DNA of 63,820 nucleotides, the filler included, from Acidimicrobiia bacterium (GTDB lineage: Bacteria; Actinomycetota; Acidimicrobiia; Spongiisociales; JAENVV01), in assembly GCA_041577335.1 (NCBI GenBank). It is 3 parts of 3 records of this genome, joined end to end, with 100 filler letters (N's around TTAATTAATTAA, not from the genome) between each part and the next. Parts side by side here need not be neighbours in the genome. Positions count along the whole stretch, not along the records: positions 1 to 23,766 come from JBFGJH010000051.1; 2 more parts are not named here. One strand, written 5' to 3'. Under the pieces are notes generated by a model, which ran no database searches, was not told where the DNA came from, and was given only the letters and a program-made list of their open reading frames with translations. Of this stretch, positions 1 through 10,446 are shown piece by piece. Each line of letters starts with the position of its first letter. Position 1 is the first letter of the stretch. The position numbers and the translations under genes are program-made.

Positions 1-150
1 GATCTGCGCCGAGGTCTTCCTGGTGCCGAGCTCAGGCCCGAGGTCAACCCAAAGCTTCACCGCCGGCGCACGGGCCTCTGGGAACGTCTCGGCCCGAACA
101 ATGGTTCCGACGCGAATGTCGACCGCGAGGAACTCGTCGAATGTGATCAT
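1..150 (-). CDS. csaA: tRNA-binding protein/chaperone CsaA (5' part; runs off the window)
   Basis: Manual translation from ATG at 150: [50 protein letters not shown], typical of the CsaA/Trbp111 family. Not in the ORF track. Confidence 0.85.
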   Translation of the reverse strand, partial: MITFDEFLAVDIRVGTIVRAETFPEARAPAVKLWVDLGPELGTRKTSAQI

Positions 151-169
151 GCGTCGATGATCGCACACG

Positions 170-1225
170 TCAGGCGATGAGAAGAGGGATCGTGCGTTCG
201 TCGTCTTCGAAGCCGCCGTGGTAGCCGATGAGTCGCCGATCCATGTTGGACGGGATGAGAAGCCGCTCAGGAGGGGCAAGGATCACCCCATCCGGCAGCC
301 GCGCGTCGAGATCGGGATGATCGGGCCCGGCTCCCAGCCAGGTGATCAGCTCTTCCTTCGGCGTCCAGCGACCTCCGACTGCGGCGGCGATCTGCTCGCC
401 ATCGCCGCGTACGTAGAGGGCACGCGGGTCGCCGAAGAACTCTGATCCAGGAGTGCGCTCGACGTACGTCTTCTGATCGTGGCGATAGTCGATGTGTCCG
501 TGATCGGCGGAGCCCACCATGGTGGCGTGGCCCGGGAGTCGCTGCGCGATCGAAGACCAACTGTGCGCCGCAGCGTCGACGGCCGCCCGATGTGTTTCCG
601 ATCCCCGGCCGGCGATGTGGGCCGCGATGTCTACGTGGGGCAGATAGGTGAAGATCAGCCGCCCGGGCTCCGCAGCCAGCTGGACTGTTGCTTCTGCCAT
701 CTCCCACTCGGTAGCCACCGGCTCAACACGGCAACCCCGATAGAGCATCCTGGTGAGCGGCGAAGACTCGAAGGCGGAAGGTTGCACGGTGATCGGCTCC
801 AGGCCGGCATCTCGGAGGCGTTCCCAGAGGTTGGGGGAGGGGAGAACGGCGGTCGTGTCGACATCGACGGGTCCCGCTCCCGGATACATCCACTTGAGGA
901 CGTTCACCACTGCCGCCACGCTCGGCCACCACATGTGATGGCCGATGATCCCGTGGCTGCGCGGCTCGAGACCCGTCGCCACCGAAGACAGGGCCACCGT
1001 GGTGGTGGACGGAAATGGGGCATCGAGCGTGGCTTCCATGGCCTCTGCCAGCTCACCGCCATGGGCGCGGACCTGCGCCGCTCCCAAACCATCAAAGAGA
1101 AACAGGACGTACGTGGATGCGTCGGGTATCAGCGATCCGAGCTCGGCGGCCAGGCGCTCGCTCGAGGCCGTGCCCGTCAACCGGTGTTCGAGTTCGGCCA
1201 TGAGGTTGACGAGAGAACGCGACAT
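170..1225 (-). CDS. Alkaline phosphatase superfamily / nucleotide pyrophosphatase-phosphodiesterase
   Basis: Metal and nucleophile motifs DGLG, FPSTT, DIAAH, SADHG, GYHGG. Confidence 0.85.
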   Translation of the reverse strand: MSRSLVNLMAELEHRLTGTASSERLAAELGSLIPDASTYVLFLFDGLGAAQVRAHGGELAEAMEATLDAPFPSTTTVALSSVATGLEPRSHGIIGHHMWWPSVAAVVNVLKWMYPGAGPVDVDTTAVLPSPNLWERLRDAGLEPITVQPSAFESSPLTRMLYRGCRVEPVATEWEMAEATVQLAAEPGRLIFTYLPHVDIAAHIAGRGSETHRAAVDAAAHSWSSIAQRLPGHATMVGSADHGHIDYRHDQKTYVERTPGSEFFGDPRALYVRGDGEQIAAAVGGRWTPKEELITWLGAGPDHPDLDARLPDGVILAPPERLLIPSNMDRRLIGYHGGFEDDERTIPLLIA

Positions 1226-1365
1226 GGCTCGGCAGGCTAACCGGCGGACTCGGCTCGAAAACCCGTCCGATCTCCACCCCGGTGATCAAGACCGGCGCAG
1301 CACGCCGGCTCTGCGACCCAAAACCACCGATCCCGTTTGAACTTTGGGCGGCCTACTCCGCCTCC

Positions 1366-1371
1366 TATACT
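1366..1371 (+). promoter_or_regulatory. Candidate sigma70-type -10 element of the nuo operon
   Basis: TATACT about 50 nt upstream of the nuoA GTG; no clear -35. Confidence 0.4.
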
Positions 1372-1421
1372 TGCGCCCACCCCGGGGCGGCGGAGTCCCA
1401 TCAGGTCGAGGTAGGGAACAG

Positions 1422-1787
1422 GTGAGCGCGTACTTTCAGGATTACACAACGGTTGCTGTGTTCCTCGGGTTCGGTGTCGGGCTCGTTGCCGTCACGTTGA
1501 TGATCACCTGGGCAATCCGCCCCAAGAATCCCACGCCCGCCAAATTGAAGACCTATGAGTGTGGCGTGGACCCGGTGGGAGAAGGTTGGAGCCAATCGTA
1601 CGTCCGCTACTACGTCTATGGCTTGTTGTTCGTGATCTTCGACGTCGAAGCAGTATTCATCTTTCCTTGGGCCATCAGACTCGAGTCCCTCGGCACGTTC
1701 GGGCTCATCGAGATGCTCATATTCATCTGGATTCTTCTCATGGGCCTCATCTACGCCATCCGTAAAGGAGTGCTCCGGTGGGAGTAG
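1422..1787 (+). CDS. nuoA: NADH-quinone oxidoreductase subunit A
   Basis: YECGVDP, FVIFDVE, KGVLRWE; 3 TM segments; likely start GTG 1422. Confidence 0.95.
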   Translation: MSAYFQDYTTVAVFLGFGVGLVAVTLMITWAIRPKNPTPAKLKTYECGVDPVGEGWSQSYVRYYVYGLLFVIFDVEAVFIFPWAIRLESLGTFGLIEMLIFIWILLMGLIYAIRKGVLRWE

Positions 1788-2275
1788 TCGAGAAGTTCGG
1801 CATTCCCAAGCCGATCGCCAGCCTTCTGAACTGGTCGCGGAAATACTCGCTGTGGATGTATCAATTCGGCCTGGCCTGCTGTGCGGTCGAGATGATCGCT
1901 GCGGCCGGTCCCCGCTACGACATGATGCGCTTCGGGATCATTCCGTTTCCCGCTTCCCCGCGCCAAGCCGACCTCATGGTCGTGGCGGGGACGGTGACCG
2001 ACAAGATGGCCGCCCCCGTGCGGCGCCTGTACGACCAGATGCCCGATCCCAAATATGTGATCTCCATGGGCTCGTGTGCCAACTGCGGCGGTCCGTATTG
2101 GGACTCGTATTCGGTCACCAAAGGCGTCGATCAGATCATTCCGGTGGACGTGTACGTGCCGGGCTGTCCACCGCGCCCTGAAGCGTTGATGGAGGGCATC
2201 GTGCTCCTTCAAGAGAAGATCCAGCAAGAGGACATGCAAGAAAAGTGGAGTCAGCGTGACCGAGAGCCCGTCTGA
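1778..2275 (+). CDS. nuoB: NADH-quinone oxidoreductase subunit B
   Basis: [29 protein letters not shown]. Confidence 0.97.
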   Translation: MGVVEKFGIPKPIASLLNWSRKYSLWMYQFGLACCAVEMIAAAGPRYDMMRFGIIPFPASPRQADLMVVAGTVTDKMAAPVRRLYDQMPDPKYVISMGSCANCGGPYWDSYSVTKGVDQIIPVDVYVPGCPPRPEALMEGIVLLQEKIQQEDMQEKWSQRDREPV

Positions 2276-2903
2276 CGCCGACGCCTCAGCGTCTGAGGCA
2301 ACCTCCACGAACCCCCTGTCCGAGTATGCGGCCGGGGTTGCCGCCGCCGTGGGAGCCTCGGCTCACACCGTTGAATTTGACACCATCAAGATTCGGGTGA
2401 CCCCCGAGCATTGGATCCCAGCATTGACGGTGGCCAAACACGAGCTCGGGTTGGTTCATTTTTCGTATTTGTCGGCCATTGACTGGTCCAACGATGTCGA
2501 GGTCGGGGACCCGCCTTCTGAGGAAGTCGAAGAGCGGTACGAAGTGATGGCCGCAGTGGCCGATCTGACGGACGGGAGGATCGTTCATTTCGTCACTGAT
2601 CTCACCAAACAAGACGCCTCCATCGCATCGGCGACTGCGGTTTACGCCGGTGCCAACTGGCATGAACGTGAAGCCAACGAGATGTTCGGCATCGACTTCG
2701 CAGGCCACGGTCACCTCGACAACCTCTACCTTCCCACCGAATTCGAGGGCAATCCTCTGAAGAAGTCGTACCCCCTGCTGGCTCGCGAGGTGAAACCATG
2801 GCCAGGGACCGTTGACGTGGAGGGTATGCCCGAGCCCGAAGAAGAACCCGAGGCCTCGACAACCACACCGTCTGGCGCAACCACGGAGAATCCGGGCCGA
2901 TGA
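2256..2903 (+). CDS. nuoC: NADH-quinone oxidoreductase subunit C
   Basis: [16 protein letters not shown]...[10 protein letters not shown]; operon position. Confidence 0.93.
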   Translation: MTESPSDADASASEATSTNPLSEYAAGVAAAVGASAHTVEFDTIKIRVTPEHWIPALTVAKHELGLVHFSYLSAIDWSNDVEVGDPPSEEVEERYEVMAAVADLTDGRIVHFVTDLTKQDASIASATAVYAGANWHEREANEMFGIDFAGHGHLDNLYLPTEFEGNPLKKSYPLLAREVKPWPGTVDVEGMPEPEEEPEASTTTPSGATTENPGR

Positions 2904-4090
2904 GCATCGACCAGGAAGCGCTGCGTCACGTCGCCGAAGCTGCCGTCTCGGTGGAGCTCGAGACGGAAGACATGACGCTCAACATCGGTCCGCAACACCC
3001 GTCTACTCACGGTGTCTTGCGACTGGTCGCCAAGGTGGACGGTGAACGGGTTTCGGGGGTCGAGCCGTCCATCGGTTACATGCATCGCGGGTACGAGAAG
3101 ATCTGCGAAGTTCGAACGTATCCACAGATCACCGCCATCATCAATCGCATCGATTGGACCTCGGGCTACGCCAACGAGATACCGTTCATCGTGGCGGCCG
3201 AGAAGCTGATGGAAATCGAAGTTCCCGAGCGGGCTCAGTACATACGCTTGATCCTCACCGAAATGGCCCGCATCGCCTCCCACCTCATGTTCATGGCGTC
3301 GTATCCGCTGGAGTTGGGGGCAACGACGCCGCTCATGTTTGCGCTCCGCGAGCGAGAGCGGGTGCTCGACCTCATCGAATCGGTGACAGGTGGGCGATTT
3401 CACCCCAACTTCAACCGGATCGGTGGCGTCAAGCCTGCGTACGGCTCAGGCTCGGCGACCCGCAAGGCCATTCAGGATCTTCCGCAGGGCTTCTTGCAAG
3501 GGACCCGCGACACGATGGATGCGGTCCTCGCCACATGCGACGAGATCGAAAGCCTCGTCACCGGCAACGAGATCTTCTTGGCTCGCACGAAGGGTATCGG
3601 CGTGCTGCCGCCCGAAGTGGCTGCCGACTATGGAGTCACCGGACCCAACCTGAGAGCTTCCGGCATCCGCTTTGATCTGCGCAAGGTGGGGGACTATCTG
3701 CCCTACGACCGCTTCGACTTCGTCGTGCCAATCGGCCAGACGGGCGACAGTTGGGACCGTTGGTGGGTACGACTCGAGGAGATCCGCCAGGCATGCCGCA
3801 TCGTGCAACAGGCAGTCGATGGCGTTCCCTCCGGCCCCCTGCAGGCGAAGGTTCCCAAAATCATCAAAGTGCCCAAAGGCGAGGTGTATGTAAGAGCGGA
3901 GAACCCCAAAGGCGAGATGGGCTATTACATCGTGTCCGAAGGAGGTCAGGGCCCATACCGGCTCAAGATCCGCTCAGCCTCGTTCTCGAACCTGTCGATG
4001 CTGTCGTGGATCCTCGAAGGGGTCTTGGTTCCCGATATCATCGCCATCATGGGCAGCCTGGACTTCGTCTTGGGCGACGTCGACCGATGA
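2900..4090 (+). CDS. nuoD: NADH-quinone oxidoreductase subunit D
   Basis: NIGPQHPSTHGVLRL, GYMHRGYEK, ENPKGE, C-terminal GDVDR. Confidence 0.97.
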   Translation: MSIDQEALRHVAEAAVSVELETEDMTLNIGPQHPSTHGVLRLVAKVDGERVSGVEPSIGYMHRGYEKICEVRTYPQITAIINRIDWTSGYANEIPFIVAAEKLMEIEVPERAQYIRLILTEMARIASHLMFMASYPLELGATTPLMFALRERERVLDLIESVTGGRFHPNFNRIGGVKPAYGSGSATRKAIQDLPQGFLQGTRDTMDAVLATCDEIESLVTGNEIFLARTKGIGVLPPEVAADYGVTGPNLRASGIRFDLRKVGDYLPYDRFDFVVPIGQTGDSWDRWWVRLEEIRQACRIVQQAVDGVPSGPLQAKVPKIIKVPKGEVYVRAENPKGEMGYYIVSEGGQGPYRLKIRSASFSNLSMLSWILEGVLVPDIIAIMGSLDFVLGDVDR

Positions 4091-4281
4091 AAAGCGAAGC
4101 TTTTCATCGGTTTGCAGTTTCGCAAGGCGAAACTGCGACCTCGCCCGGCGTTGCTCGGTTTGGAGAACCCGCCGCGTTCTCCAACATGCTCCAGAGGAGC
4201 ACGCATGATCGGTGTGGAGTTCCGCTCCGTGGACCAGCCACCTCTCTTGGGCGAATTGCGAATTGCGAATTGCGAATTGCG
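4083..4281. repeat. Structured intergenic insert: four hairpins plus a (GCGAATT)4 tandem array
   Basis: Perfect inverted repeats 4083-4095/4099-4111 (13 bp), 4114-4123/4127-4136 (10 bp), 4160-4168/4176-4184 (9 bp) and 4187-4192/4196-4201 (6 bp); GCGAATT x4 at 4251-4278. Confidence 0.85.
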
Positions 4282-4307
4282 GCTCGGGCCGCCAGAGGCG
4301 GTCGCCG

Positions 4308-5378
4308 ATGAGCACCGTCGTTGACTTCTTCTCGACCAACTTCTGGGCGTTACTGGCTCTCAAGCTGGTCATCATTGCCGGTCTCATCCCGATATCGGGT
4401 CTCGCCATTGGATTCGGAGAGCTCAAGCTGTCCGCCAAGATGCAGAGCCGGGTGGGGCCGTACTTCGCCGGCGGGCGCTACGGATGGCTTCAGCTCATCG
4501 CCGACGGCGTGAAGTTCATCCAGAAGGAAGACATCATTCCCGAGGAGGCGGATCGGCCGGTTTTCCGGTGGGCGCCTGCGCTGGTGATGGCGGCAACGGT
4601 CGGGCTCTTCATCGTCATTCCATTCTGGCCCGAAGGAACCATCGGGACCGTCGAGTTTGCCCAAGGATCGGTCCGCAACCTCGACGTCGGGATATTCTTT
4701 GCCCTCGCGATTTCGTCGCTGTCGACCATCGGCGTGTTGATGGCAGGGTGGTCGTCGGCCAACAAGTACTCGCTCATGGGTGGCCTGCGAGCGGCCGGTC
4801 AGCTGATCGCGTACGAGCTGCCCCTGGTGCTCTCGGTGATCGGAGTGGTCATCATGGCGGGGACGATGTCATTGCAGGGCATCGTCGATGCTCAAGCCGA
4901 TTTTTCCTTCTTCGGATTCGACTCCACCTCCCTCGGGCACATCGTCCCCCCGTTTTTCATCCTGCAGATCGTGGGCTTCGTCATCTTCTTCACGGCAGCC
5001 CTCGCCGAGATGAGCCGGATCCCATTCGACATGCCTATTGCCGAGTCAGAGCTCGTCACGGGGTACCTCACCGAATACTCAGGTTTCCGTTTCCTCTTCT
5101 TCTTCCTGGCCGAGTTCGCCAACATGTTCACGATGTCGGCCCTGGCCGTGACGCTGTTCCTTGGTGGGTACCTCGGCCCCGGCGTGGAAACCTACCCTGC
5201 TCTCGGCCCGCTCTATCTCGTGTCCAAGATCTCCATCCTCGTCTTCCTGATGATCTGGTTCCGGTGGACATTCCCGCGGTTCCGCGAAGACCAGCTGCAG
5301 AACCTGGCGTGGAAGGTGCTCGTACCGCTCGGTCTCGCCAACATCGTCGTGACCGCGATTCTGAAAGTGGTGGTCTAA
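4308..5378 (+). CDS. nuoH: NADH-quinone oxidoreductase subunit H
   Basis: QSRVGP, ADGVKFIQKEDIIP, RIPFDMPIAESELVTG, PRFREDQL; start ATG 4308. Confidence 0.96.
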   Translation: MSTVVDFFSTNFWALLALKLVIIAGLIPISGLAIGFGELKLSAKMQSRVGPYFAGGRYGWLQLIADGVKFIQKEDIIPEEADRPVFRWAPALVMAATVGLFIVIPFWPEGTIGTVEFAQGSVRNLDVGIFFALAISSLSTIGVLMAGWSSANKYSLMGGLRAAGQLIAYELPLVLSVIGVVIMAGTMSLQGIVDAQADFSFFGFDSTSLGHIVPPFFILQIVGFVIFFTAALAEMSRIPFDMPIAESELVTGYLTEYSGFRFLFFFLAEFANMFTMSALAVTLFLGGYLGPGVETYPALGPLYLVSKISILVFLMIWFRWTFPRFREDQLQNLAWKVLVPLGLANIVVTAILKVVV

Positions 5379-5873
5379 GTGGCTCGCACCATGCCGAACC
5401 TGCCGGGGCGCGGTCTCGTCAAGGGTCTCAGGGTGACCATGGAGACCATGCTCAAGACGCTCTTCATGCCTCGGAAATACCTGGCCACCGTCAATTACCC
5501 AGTCGTCAAAGAGGATCCGGTGCCTCGGGCCCGAGGAGTCATTGCCTTGGACCAAGAAGCATGTACTTCATGCATGCTCTGCGCACGCTCGTGTCCTGAC
5601 TGGTGCATCTATATCGAAGGGCACAAGGAAGAGCAGCCGCCGTCCAAGCCAGGTGGGCGTGTCCGCCAGCGGGCCGTGCTCGATCGCTTCGATATCGACT
5701 ACGCGTTGTGCATGTATTGCGGCATCTGTGTTGAGGTCTGCCCGTTCGATGCCCTCTTTTGGTCACCCGAGTACGAGTACTCCGAGTACAACATGGGTGC
5801 AATGCTCCACGACAAGGACCGGCTGCAGGATTGGCTTGCCACGGTGCCAGAAGCCCCGGCGTTGGAGTCATGA
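5379..5873 (+). CDS. nuoI: NADH-quinone oxidoreductase subunit I
   Basis: Two CxxCxxCxxxCP motifs ([24 protein letters not shown]). Confidence 0.95.
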   Translation: MARTMPNLPGRGLVKGLRVTMETMLKTLFMPRKYLATVNYPVVKEDPVPRARGVIALDQEACTSCMLCARSCPDWCIYIEGHKEEQPPSKPGGRVRQRAVLDRFDIDYALCMYCGICVEVCPFDALFWSPEYEYSEYNMGAMLHDKDRLQDWLATVPEAPALES

Positions 5874-6406
5874 TGGATTTCACACAGCCGGTCACCTGGG
5901 TAGCGTCCGTTCTCGGCATCTTCATCGCTGTCTCGGGGTTTCGAGTGGTGACATCGAAGAACCTCATCCACGCAGCCCTGTTCTTGGTGTTCGCCCTCGG
6001 CGGAACCGCCGCCTTGTTTCTGGTGCTGTCGGCCGAATTCGTGGCCTGGGTGCTCGTGCTCGTCTACATCGGTGCAGTCATCGTGCTGTTTCTGTTCGGC
6101 ATCATGATCACCAGAGCGCCGATCGGATATGACGCAGCCGTCGACAATGACCGCAAGGGAATTGCGGTTGTTGGTTCCTTGGCGGTGTTCGCTCTGATGA
6201 CGTGGGCCAGTATTCAGGCCTTTGGCGACGTCGAGCTGATCGGGATCGGCGAGCCGACACCCACCGAGACGATTGCCGATGGGTTGTTGGGACGGTTTGT
6301 TCTCCCGTTCGAGATCGTCTCGTTCGTGCTCTTGGCCGCGTTGATCGGTGGTATCAGCGTTGCCCGCAAAGACCTGTCCCCGGCCGAGGAAGAGGGGAGC
6401 CTCTGA
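5870..6406 (+). CDS. nuoJ: NADH-quinone oxidoreductase subunit J
   Basis: [37 protein letters not shown] overlap with nuoI. Confidence 0.93.
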   Translation: MMDFTQPVTWVASVLGIFIAVSGFRVVTSKNLIHAALFLVFALGGTAALFLVLSAEFVAWVLVLVYIGAVIVLFLFGIMITRAPIGYDAAVDNDRKGIAVVGSLAVFALMTWASIQAFGDVELIGIGEPTPTETIADGLLGRFVLPFEIVSFVLLAALIGGISVARKDLSPAEEEGSL

Positions 6407-6516
6407 TGTCGGTCGTGGCACTCCTCGCCCTCCTCGTTGCCGTGCTCATGGTGGGGGGAGCGGTCATCGTCGCAGTTGTGGTACTCGCCAACCGGCCCAA
6501 GGAGCCCCAGCCATGA
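6406..6516 (+). CDS. 36-aa single-TM peptide inside the nuo operon
   Basis: [41 protein letters not shown] overlap with the nuoJ stop, ATGA overlap with the nuoK start; purine-rich RBS upstream. Confidence 0.7.
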   Translation: MSVVALLALLVAVLMVGGAVIVAVVVLANRPKEPQP

Positions 6517-6818
6517 CGCTGGCTCCGATCCTCGTGCTTGCTGCGGCCCTCTTCTCGATGGGCATCTATGGGCTCTTGGCCCGCCGCAACGCTGTCATGG
6601 TGCTGCTGGCGGTCGAACTGATGCTCAACGCCGTCAACATCAACCTCGTAGCGTTCGAGGCGGCGATTCGCGACTCTCTGGCCACCGGACAGATTTTCGC
6701 GATCTTTGTCATCACCGTGGCCGCCGCGGAGGTCGGGATCGGGCTCGCCATCGTCCTCATGATCTTCCGCAACCGTCACTCAGCAAACCTCGACGACTTC
6801 GCGACGATGAGCGGTTGA
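6513..6818 (+). CDS. nuoK: NADH-quinone oxidoreductase subunit K
   Basis: VELMLNAVNINLV, VAAAEVGIGLAI. Confidence 0.95.
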   Translation: MTLAPILVLAAALFSMGIYGLLARRNAVMVLLAVELMLNAVNINLVAFEAAIRDSLATGQIFAIFVITVAAAEVGIGLAIVLMIFRNRHSANLDDFATMSG

Positions 6819-6819
6819 T

Positions 6820-8856
6820 ATGAACCAGATGCTTTTCAGATTCGCCGAAGAAGCGCCGGAATTCTCGACTGGCGGGGCAATGCAGGAATGGGCGTGGCTC
6901 ATTCTGGTCGTGCCGTTCGTGGCGGTGGCGGGCATTGTGTTCTTCGGCAAGCGGATGAAGTACCAGGGCGCCGAATTGGCAGTCGGCATGATGGCGTTCG
7001 TCTTCGTCTACGGCCTCATCCTGTGGATTCAGACGATGACCGACCACGTCGTCTACCAGAATTCGATCGTCATCGCCCGGGTCTCCGACACATTGGTGTT
7101 CGAATGGGGATGGGTGGTCGACGGCCTTTCGTCGATGATGTACTTCCTCGTCGGCACAGTCGGCCTTCTGGTGTTCATCTACGCCGTGGGCTACATGCGC
7201 GGGGATGTGCGTTACACCTGGTTCTTTGCCTCGTTCTCCCTCTTCGCCGGCGCGATGTTGGTGCTGGTCGCCGCCCCCAATCTGGCACAGCTCATCGTCG
7301 GCTGGGAGCTCGTCGGCGTGGCTTCGTACCTGCTCATCTCCCATTACTGGGAGGAAAAGGAAAACTCGTCTGCGGGCATGAAGGCCTTCTTCACCAACAA
7401 AGTCGCCGACGTCGGTCTCATCATCGGCGCCATCGCCCTCTCCGGGGCGGTTGGCTCGTTCCGAATCGACGACATCCTCGACGCTGCCACCCATGGCGAT
7501 GGCTCGATGAACGCCCCGCTCTTCGGTTCGACGGTTGCGATTGCGGGCGCCCTGTTGCTCTTCTTCGGGGCCATGGGCAAGTCGGCTCAGTTTCCGCTTC
7601 ATATCTGGCTACCCGATGCCATGGCGGGCCCGACGCCTGTGTCGGCGCTCATGCACGCTGCCACCATGGTCACTGCCGGCATCTACCTCATGGCTCGGAT
7701 GTTCCCGCTTTACCAAACCATGGCTCAGGACGCGCGACCCTGGATGATCGGCATCGGCGCCGCCACGCTGGCTCTCACCGGGCTCCTCGCTCTGGTCCAA
7801 GACGACATCAAGAAGGTGCTGGCCTACTCCACCGTGAGTCAGCTCGGGTACATGATGACCGCCGTGGCGGCGGGTGGCTACACGGCCGGCCTGTTCCACC
7901 TGTTCACCCACGGGTTCTTCAAGGCGCTGCTGTTCCTCGGAGCCGGATCGGTGATCCACTCGGTCCACTCGAACAACATGTCGGACATGGGGGGACTACG
8001 GAAATCGATGCCGGTGACCTTTTGGACGTTCGTCATCGGATCGGGCGCACTGGCTGGGATCTTTCCTCTTTCAGGCTTCTTCTCCAAGGACGAAATCCTC
8101 GCCACTTTCAGCCACGAGGGTTATGCGCTTGTGCTGTCGATCGGCATCGCCGGCGCATTCGTCACCGCCTTTTACATGACCAGGACTGTCGCTCTGACGT
8201 TTTTTGGCACCTACAAAGGCGAAGGCCATCCCCATGAGTCAGAGCGCCTCATGACCGTTCCGCTCATCGTGCTCGCCGTCCTTGCGGCCGTTGCCGGGTT
8301 TGTCAACTGGCCCGGCGTGTTCACCGGGTTCACCGAGTGGGTGGGGACGGTCGCCTTTGCTCCGCTCGGCGACTACCACCCGGAGTCGCTGGACCTCGCG
8401 CTGGCTGCCACCGGCATGGGGGCGGCGCTTCTCGGAATCGCAGCCGGATGGTTGCTGTACGGGAAAGACAAGGACACCCAGCAAGCGCGCGATCGTTTTT
8501 GGATCCCCGGCCTCTACCACGCCTTCGAAGCCAAATACTGGCTCGACGACGTGGCCCTCGGCCTAGTCGGGGTCGTCAAGGGCCCGCTGGCTCGCTTCGT
8601 GGACTGGACGAACACCAATCTCATCGACGCCGTCGTGAACGCTGTGGGCATCTCGACCAGGTGGCTCGGCCAACTCGTCTACGGAGCGTTCGATCAGGGG
8701 GGCATCGACCATGCCATCGATGCAGCAGCTGCAGGCACGGGAGCAGCCGGCGGGGCTCTCCAGAAGCTACAAACCGGCCGAATCCAGCAGTACGCCGGAG
8801 CTTTTGTGGTCGGAGCAGTAGTGCTCGTCGTCGGTTTCGTAATTTTCACCAACTAG
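6820..8856 (+). CDS. nuoL: NADH-quinone oxidoreductase subunit L
   Basis: GKSAQFPLHIWLPDAMAGPTPVSALMHAATMV, HGFFKALLF, LQTGRIQQY. Confidence 0.97.
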   Translation: MNQMLFRFAEEAPEFSTGGAMQEWAWLILVVPFVAVAGIVFFGKRMKYQGAELAVGMMAFVFVYGLILWIQTMTDHVVYQNSIVIARVSDTLVFEWGWVVDGLSSMMYFLVGTVGLLVFIYAVGYMRGDVRYTWFFASFSLFAGAMLVLVAAPNLAQLIVGWELVGVASYLLISHYWEEKENSSAGMKAFFTNKVADVGLIIGAIALSGAVGSFRIDDILDAATHGDGSMNAPLFGSTVAIAGALLLFFGAMGKSAQFPLHIWLPDAMAGPTPVSALMHAATMVTAGIYLMARMFPLYQTMAQDARPWMIGIGAATLALTGLLALVQDDIKKVLAYSTVSQLGYMMTAVAAGGYTAGLFHLFTHGFFKALLFLGAGSVIHSVHSNNMSDMGGLRKSMPVTFWTFVIGSGALAGIFPLSGFFSKDEILATFSHEGYALVLSIGIAGAFVTAFYMTRTVALTFFGTYKGEGHPHESERLMTVPLIVLAVLAAVAGFVNWPGVFTGFTEWVGTVAFAPLGDYHPESLDLALAATGMGAALLGIAAGWLLYGKDKDTQQARDRFWIPGLYHAFEAKYWLDDVALGLVGVVKGPLARFVDWTNTNLIDAVVNAVGISTRWLGQLVYGAFDQGGIDHAIDAAAAGTGAAGGALQKLQTGRIQQYAGAFVVGAVVLVVGFVIFTN

Positions 8857-8869
8857 GAGGACGGACAAG

Positions 8870-10441
8870 ATGGATTGGTTCGACAGCGGTTGGGGCTTGA
8901 GCCTCATCGTGTTCCTGCCCTTGGTGGGCGCGTTGCTGGTGGGCCTGGCGCCGAAGGCCAACGAGAACGTCGTGAAACAGATAGCGCTGTTGACGACCGT
9001 CGTCGTGGCTGTCCTGTCTGTCGTGGCCGCATTCCAGTTTGACTATGCATCATCGGCCGATTTCCAGCTCGGCACCGATCTGTCCTGGATTCCGTCCATC
9101 GGCTCCAACTATCACATCGGAATCGACGGCATCAGCCTTCCCCTCCTGGTCTTGTCGGCCGCCGTGACCGTGTTGGCGATCGTCTACAGCTGGAATCATT
9201 GGGAGGAGCCCAAGAACCCCAAGGCGTTCCTCATCCTGATCCTCCTGCTCGAAACGGGGATGAACGGGACGTTCGTTGCACTTGACTTGGTTCTGTTCTT
9301 CATCTTCTTCGAGCTGGTTCTCCTGCCCATGTACTTCATGATCGGCATCTGGGGTGACAAGAGCCCTCGCATGGTCAAGGTGGGCAGGTTCGAGCTCGAG
9401 ACCGAGACCCGGCTCTATGCGTCGATCAAATTCTTCCTCTTTACGCTGTTTGGCTCGGCGTTCATGCTCTTGTCGTTCTTGGCGTTGTCGTTCGAGGCGG
9501 GAACGTTCGACATCCCTGCACTCATCGACTTGGGTTCCGGCGGAGCGTTCACCGGGACCTTTGGTCAGCTCGTGTTTGCCGGCATGTTCCTCGGCTTCGC
9601 GGTGAAGGTGCCGATGTGGCCGCTCCACACGTGGCTCCCTGATGCCCACACCGCCGCCCCGACGGTTGGATCGGTTCTGCTGGCGGCCATCCTGCTCAAG
9701 CTCGGCTCATACGGATTCATCCGTATCGCCCTCCCGATCCTCCCCGAGCAAGCACGGGCGTGGGCGCCGGTGATTGCTGTTCTCGCAGCCATCGGCATCA
9801 TCTACGGTTCGCTGGCATGCCTTGCCCAAACCGACATGAAGCGCCTCATCGCATTCTCCTCGGTCGGGCACATGGGCTTCGTCATGCTCGGCATTGCCTC
9901 GCTGACCGATGTCGGCATCAACGCCGCCATCATCGGGATGGTGGCGCACGGCGTCATCACGGGAATGCTCTTTTTCCTCGCCGGCTCGATGCACCATCGT
10001 TATCACACGCGCGACATGGCTCGCCTCGGCGGCAACATGAAGCTGATGCCGAAGATGGGCGCCATTCTCGCCTTCATCGCCATGGCCTCGCTGGGTCTGC
10101 CCGGTCTGGCCGGCTTCTGGGGTGAGTTCTGGTCACTGATCGGCGCCTATAACCCGCTCAACGGCCTCAATGTGAGCCTCTTCCGGGGCACGATGGTGGC
10201 CGGCGCCATCGGAACGGTGCTCACCGCCGGATACATGCTGTGGATGTTGCAGCGCGTGAACCTCGGAGAGCCGAGCGCAGAATGGGAGGGTCACGATCTC
10301 CCCGATGCCGACCGGTTCGAGCTGGTCGCGTGGGCGCCGCTGCTCGTTGCCACGGTTGCCATCGGAGTATTCCCTCGCATCATCACCGATGCCACCAACG
10401 GCGCGGTCGTTGAGCTGGTTGCCAAAGCCTTCGGGAGCTAG
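8870..10441 (+). CDS. nuoM: NADH-quinone oxidoreductase subunit M
   Basis: KVPMWPLHTWLPDAH, LLKLGSYG, SLGLPGLAGFWGE. Confidence 0.96.
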   Translation: MDWFDSGWGLSLIVFLPLVGALLVGLAPKANENVVKQIALLTTVVVAVLSVVAAFQFDYASSADFQLGTDLSWIPSIGSNYHIGIDGISLPLLVLSAAVTVLAIVYSWNHWEEPKNPKAFLILILLLETGMNGTFVALDLVLFFIFFELVLLPMYFMIGIWGDKSPRMVKVGRFELETETRLYASIKFFLFTLFGSAFMLLSFLALSFEAGTFDIPALIDLGSGGAFTGTFGQLVFAGMFLGFAVKVPMWPLHTWLPDAHTAAPTVGSVLLAAILLKLGSYGFIRIALPILPEQARAWAPVIAVLAAIGIIYGSLACLAQTDMKRLIAFSSVGHMGFVMLGIASLTDVGINAAIIGMVAHGVITGMLFFLAGSMHHRYHTRDMARLGGNMKLMPKMGAILAFIAMASLGLPGLAGFWGEFWSLIGAYNPLNGLNVSLFRGTMVAGAIGTVLTAGYMLWMLQRVNLGEPSAEWEGHDLPDADRFELVAWAPLLVATVAIGVFPRIITDATNGAVVELVAKAFGS

Positions 10442-10446
10442 ATCTG

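Noticed and set aside
1226..1421. Rex operator upstream of nuoA
   Set aside because: No TTGTGAA-N4-TTCACAA-like palindrome found.
4251..4281. Heptamer arrays (also 19394-19534) as CRISPR
   Set aside because: 7-nt tandem units with no spacers; no cas genes in the window.
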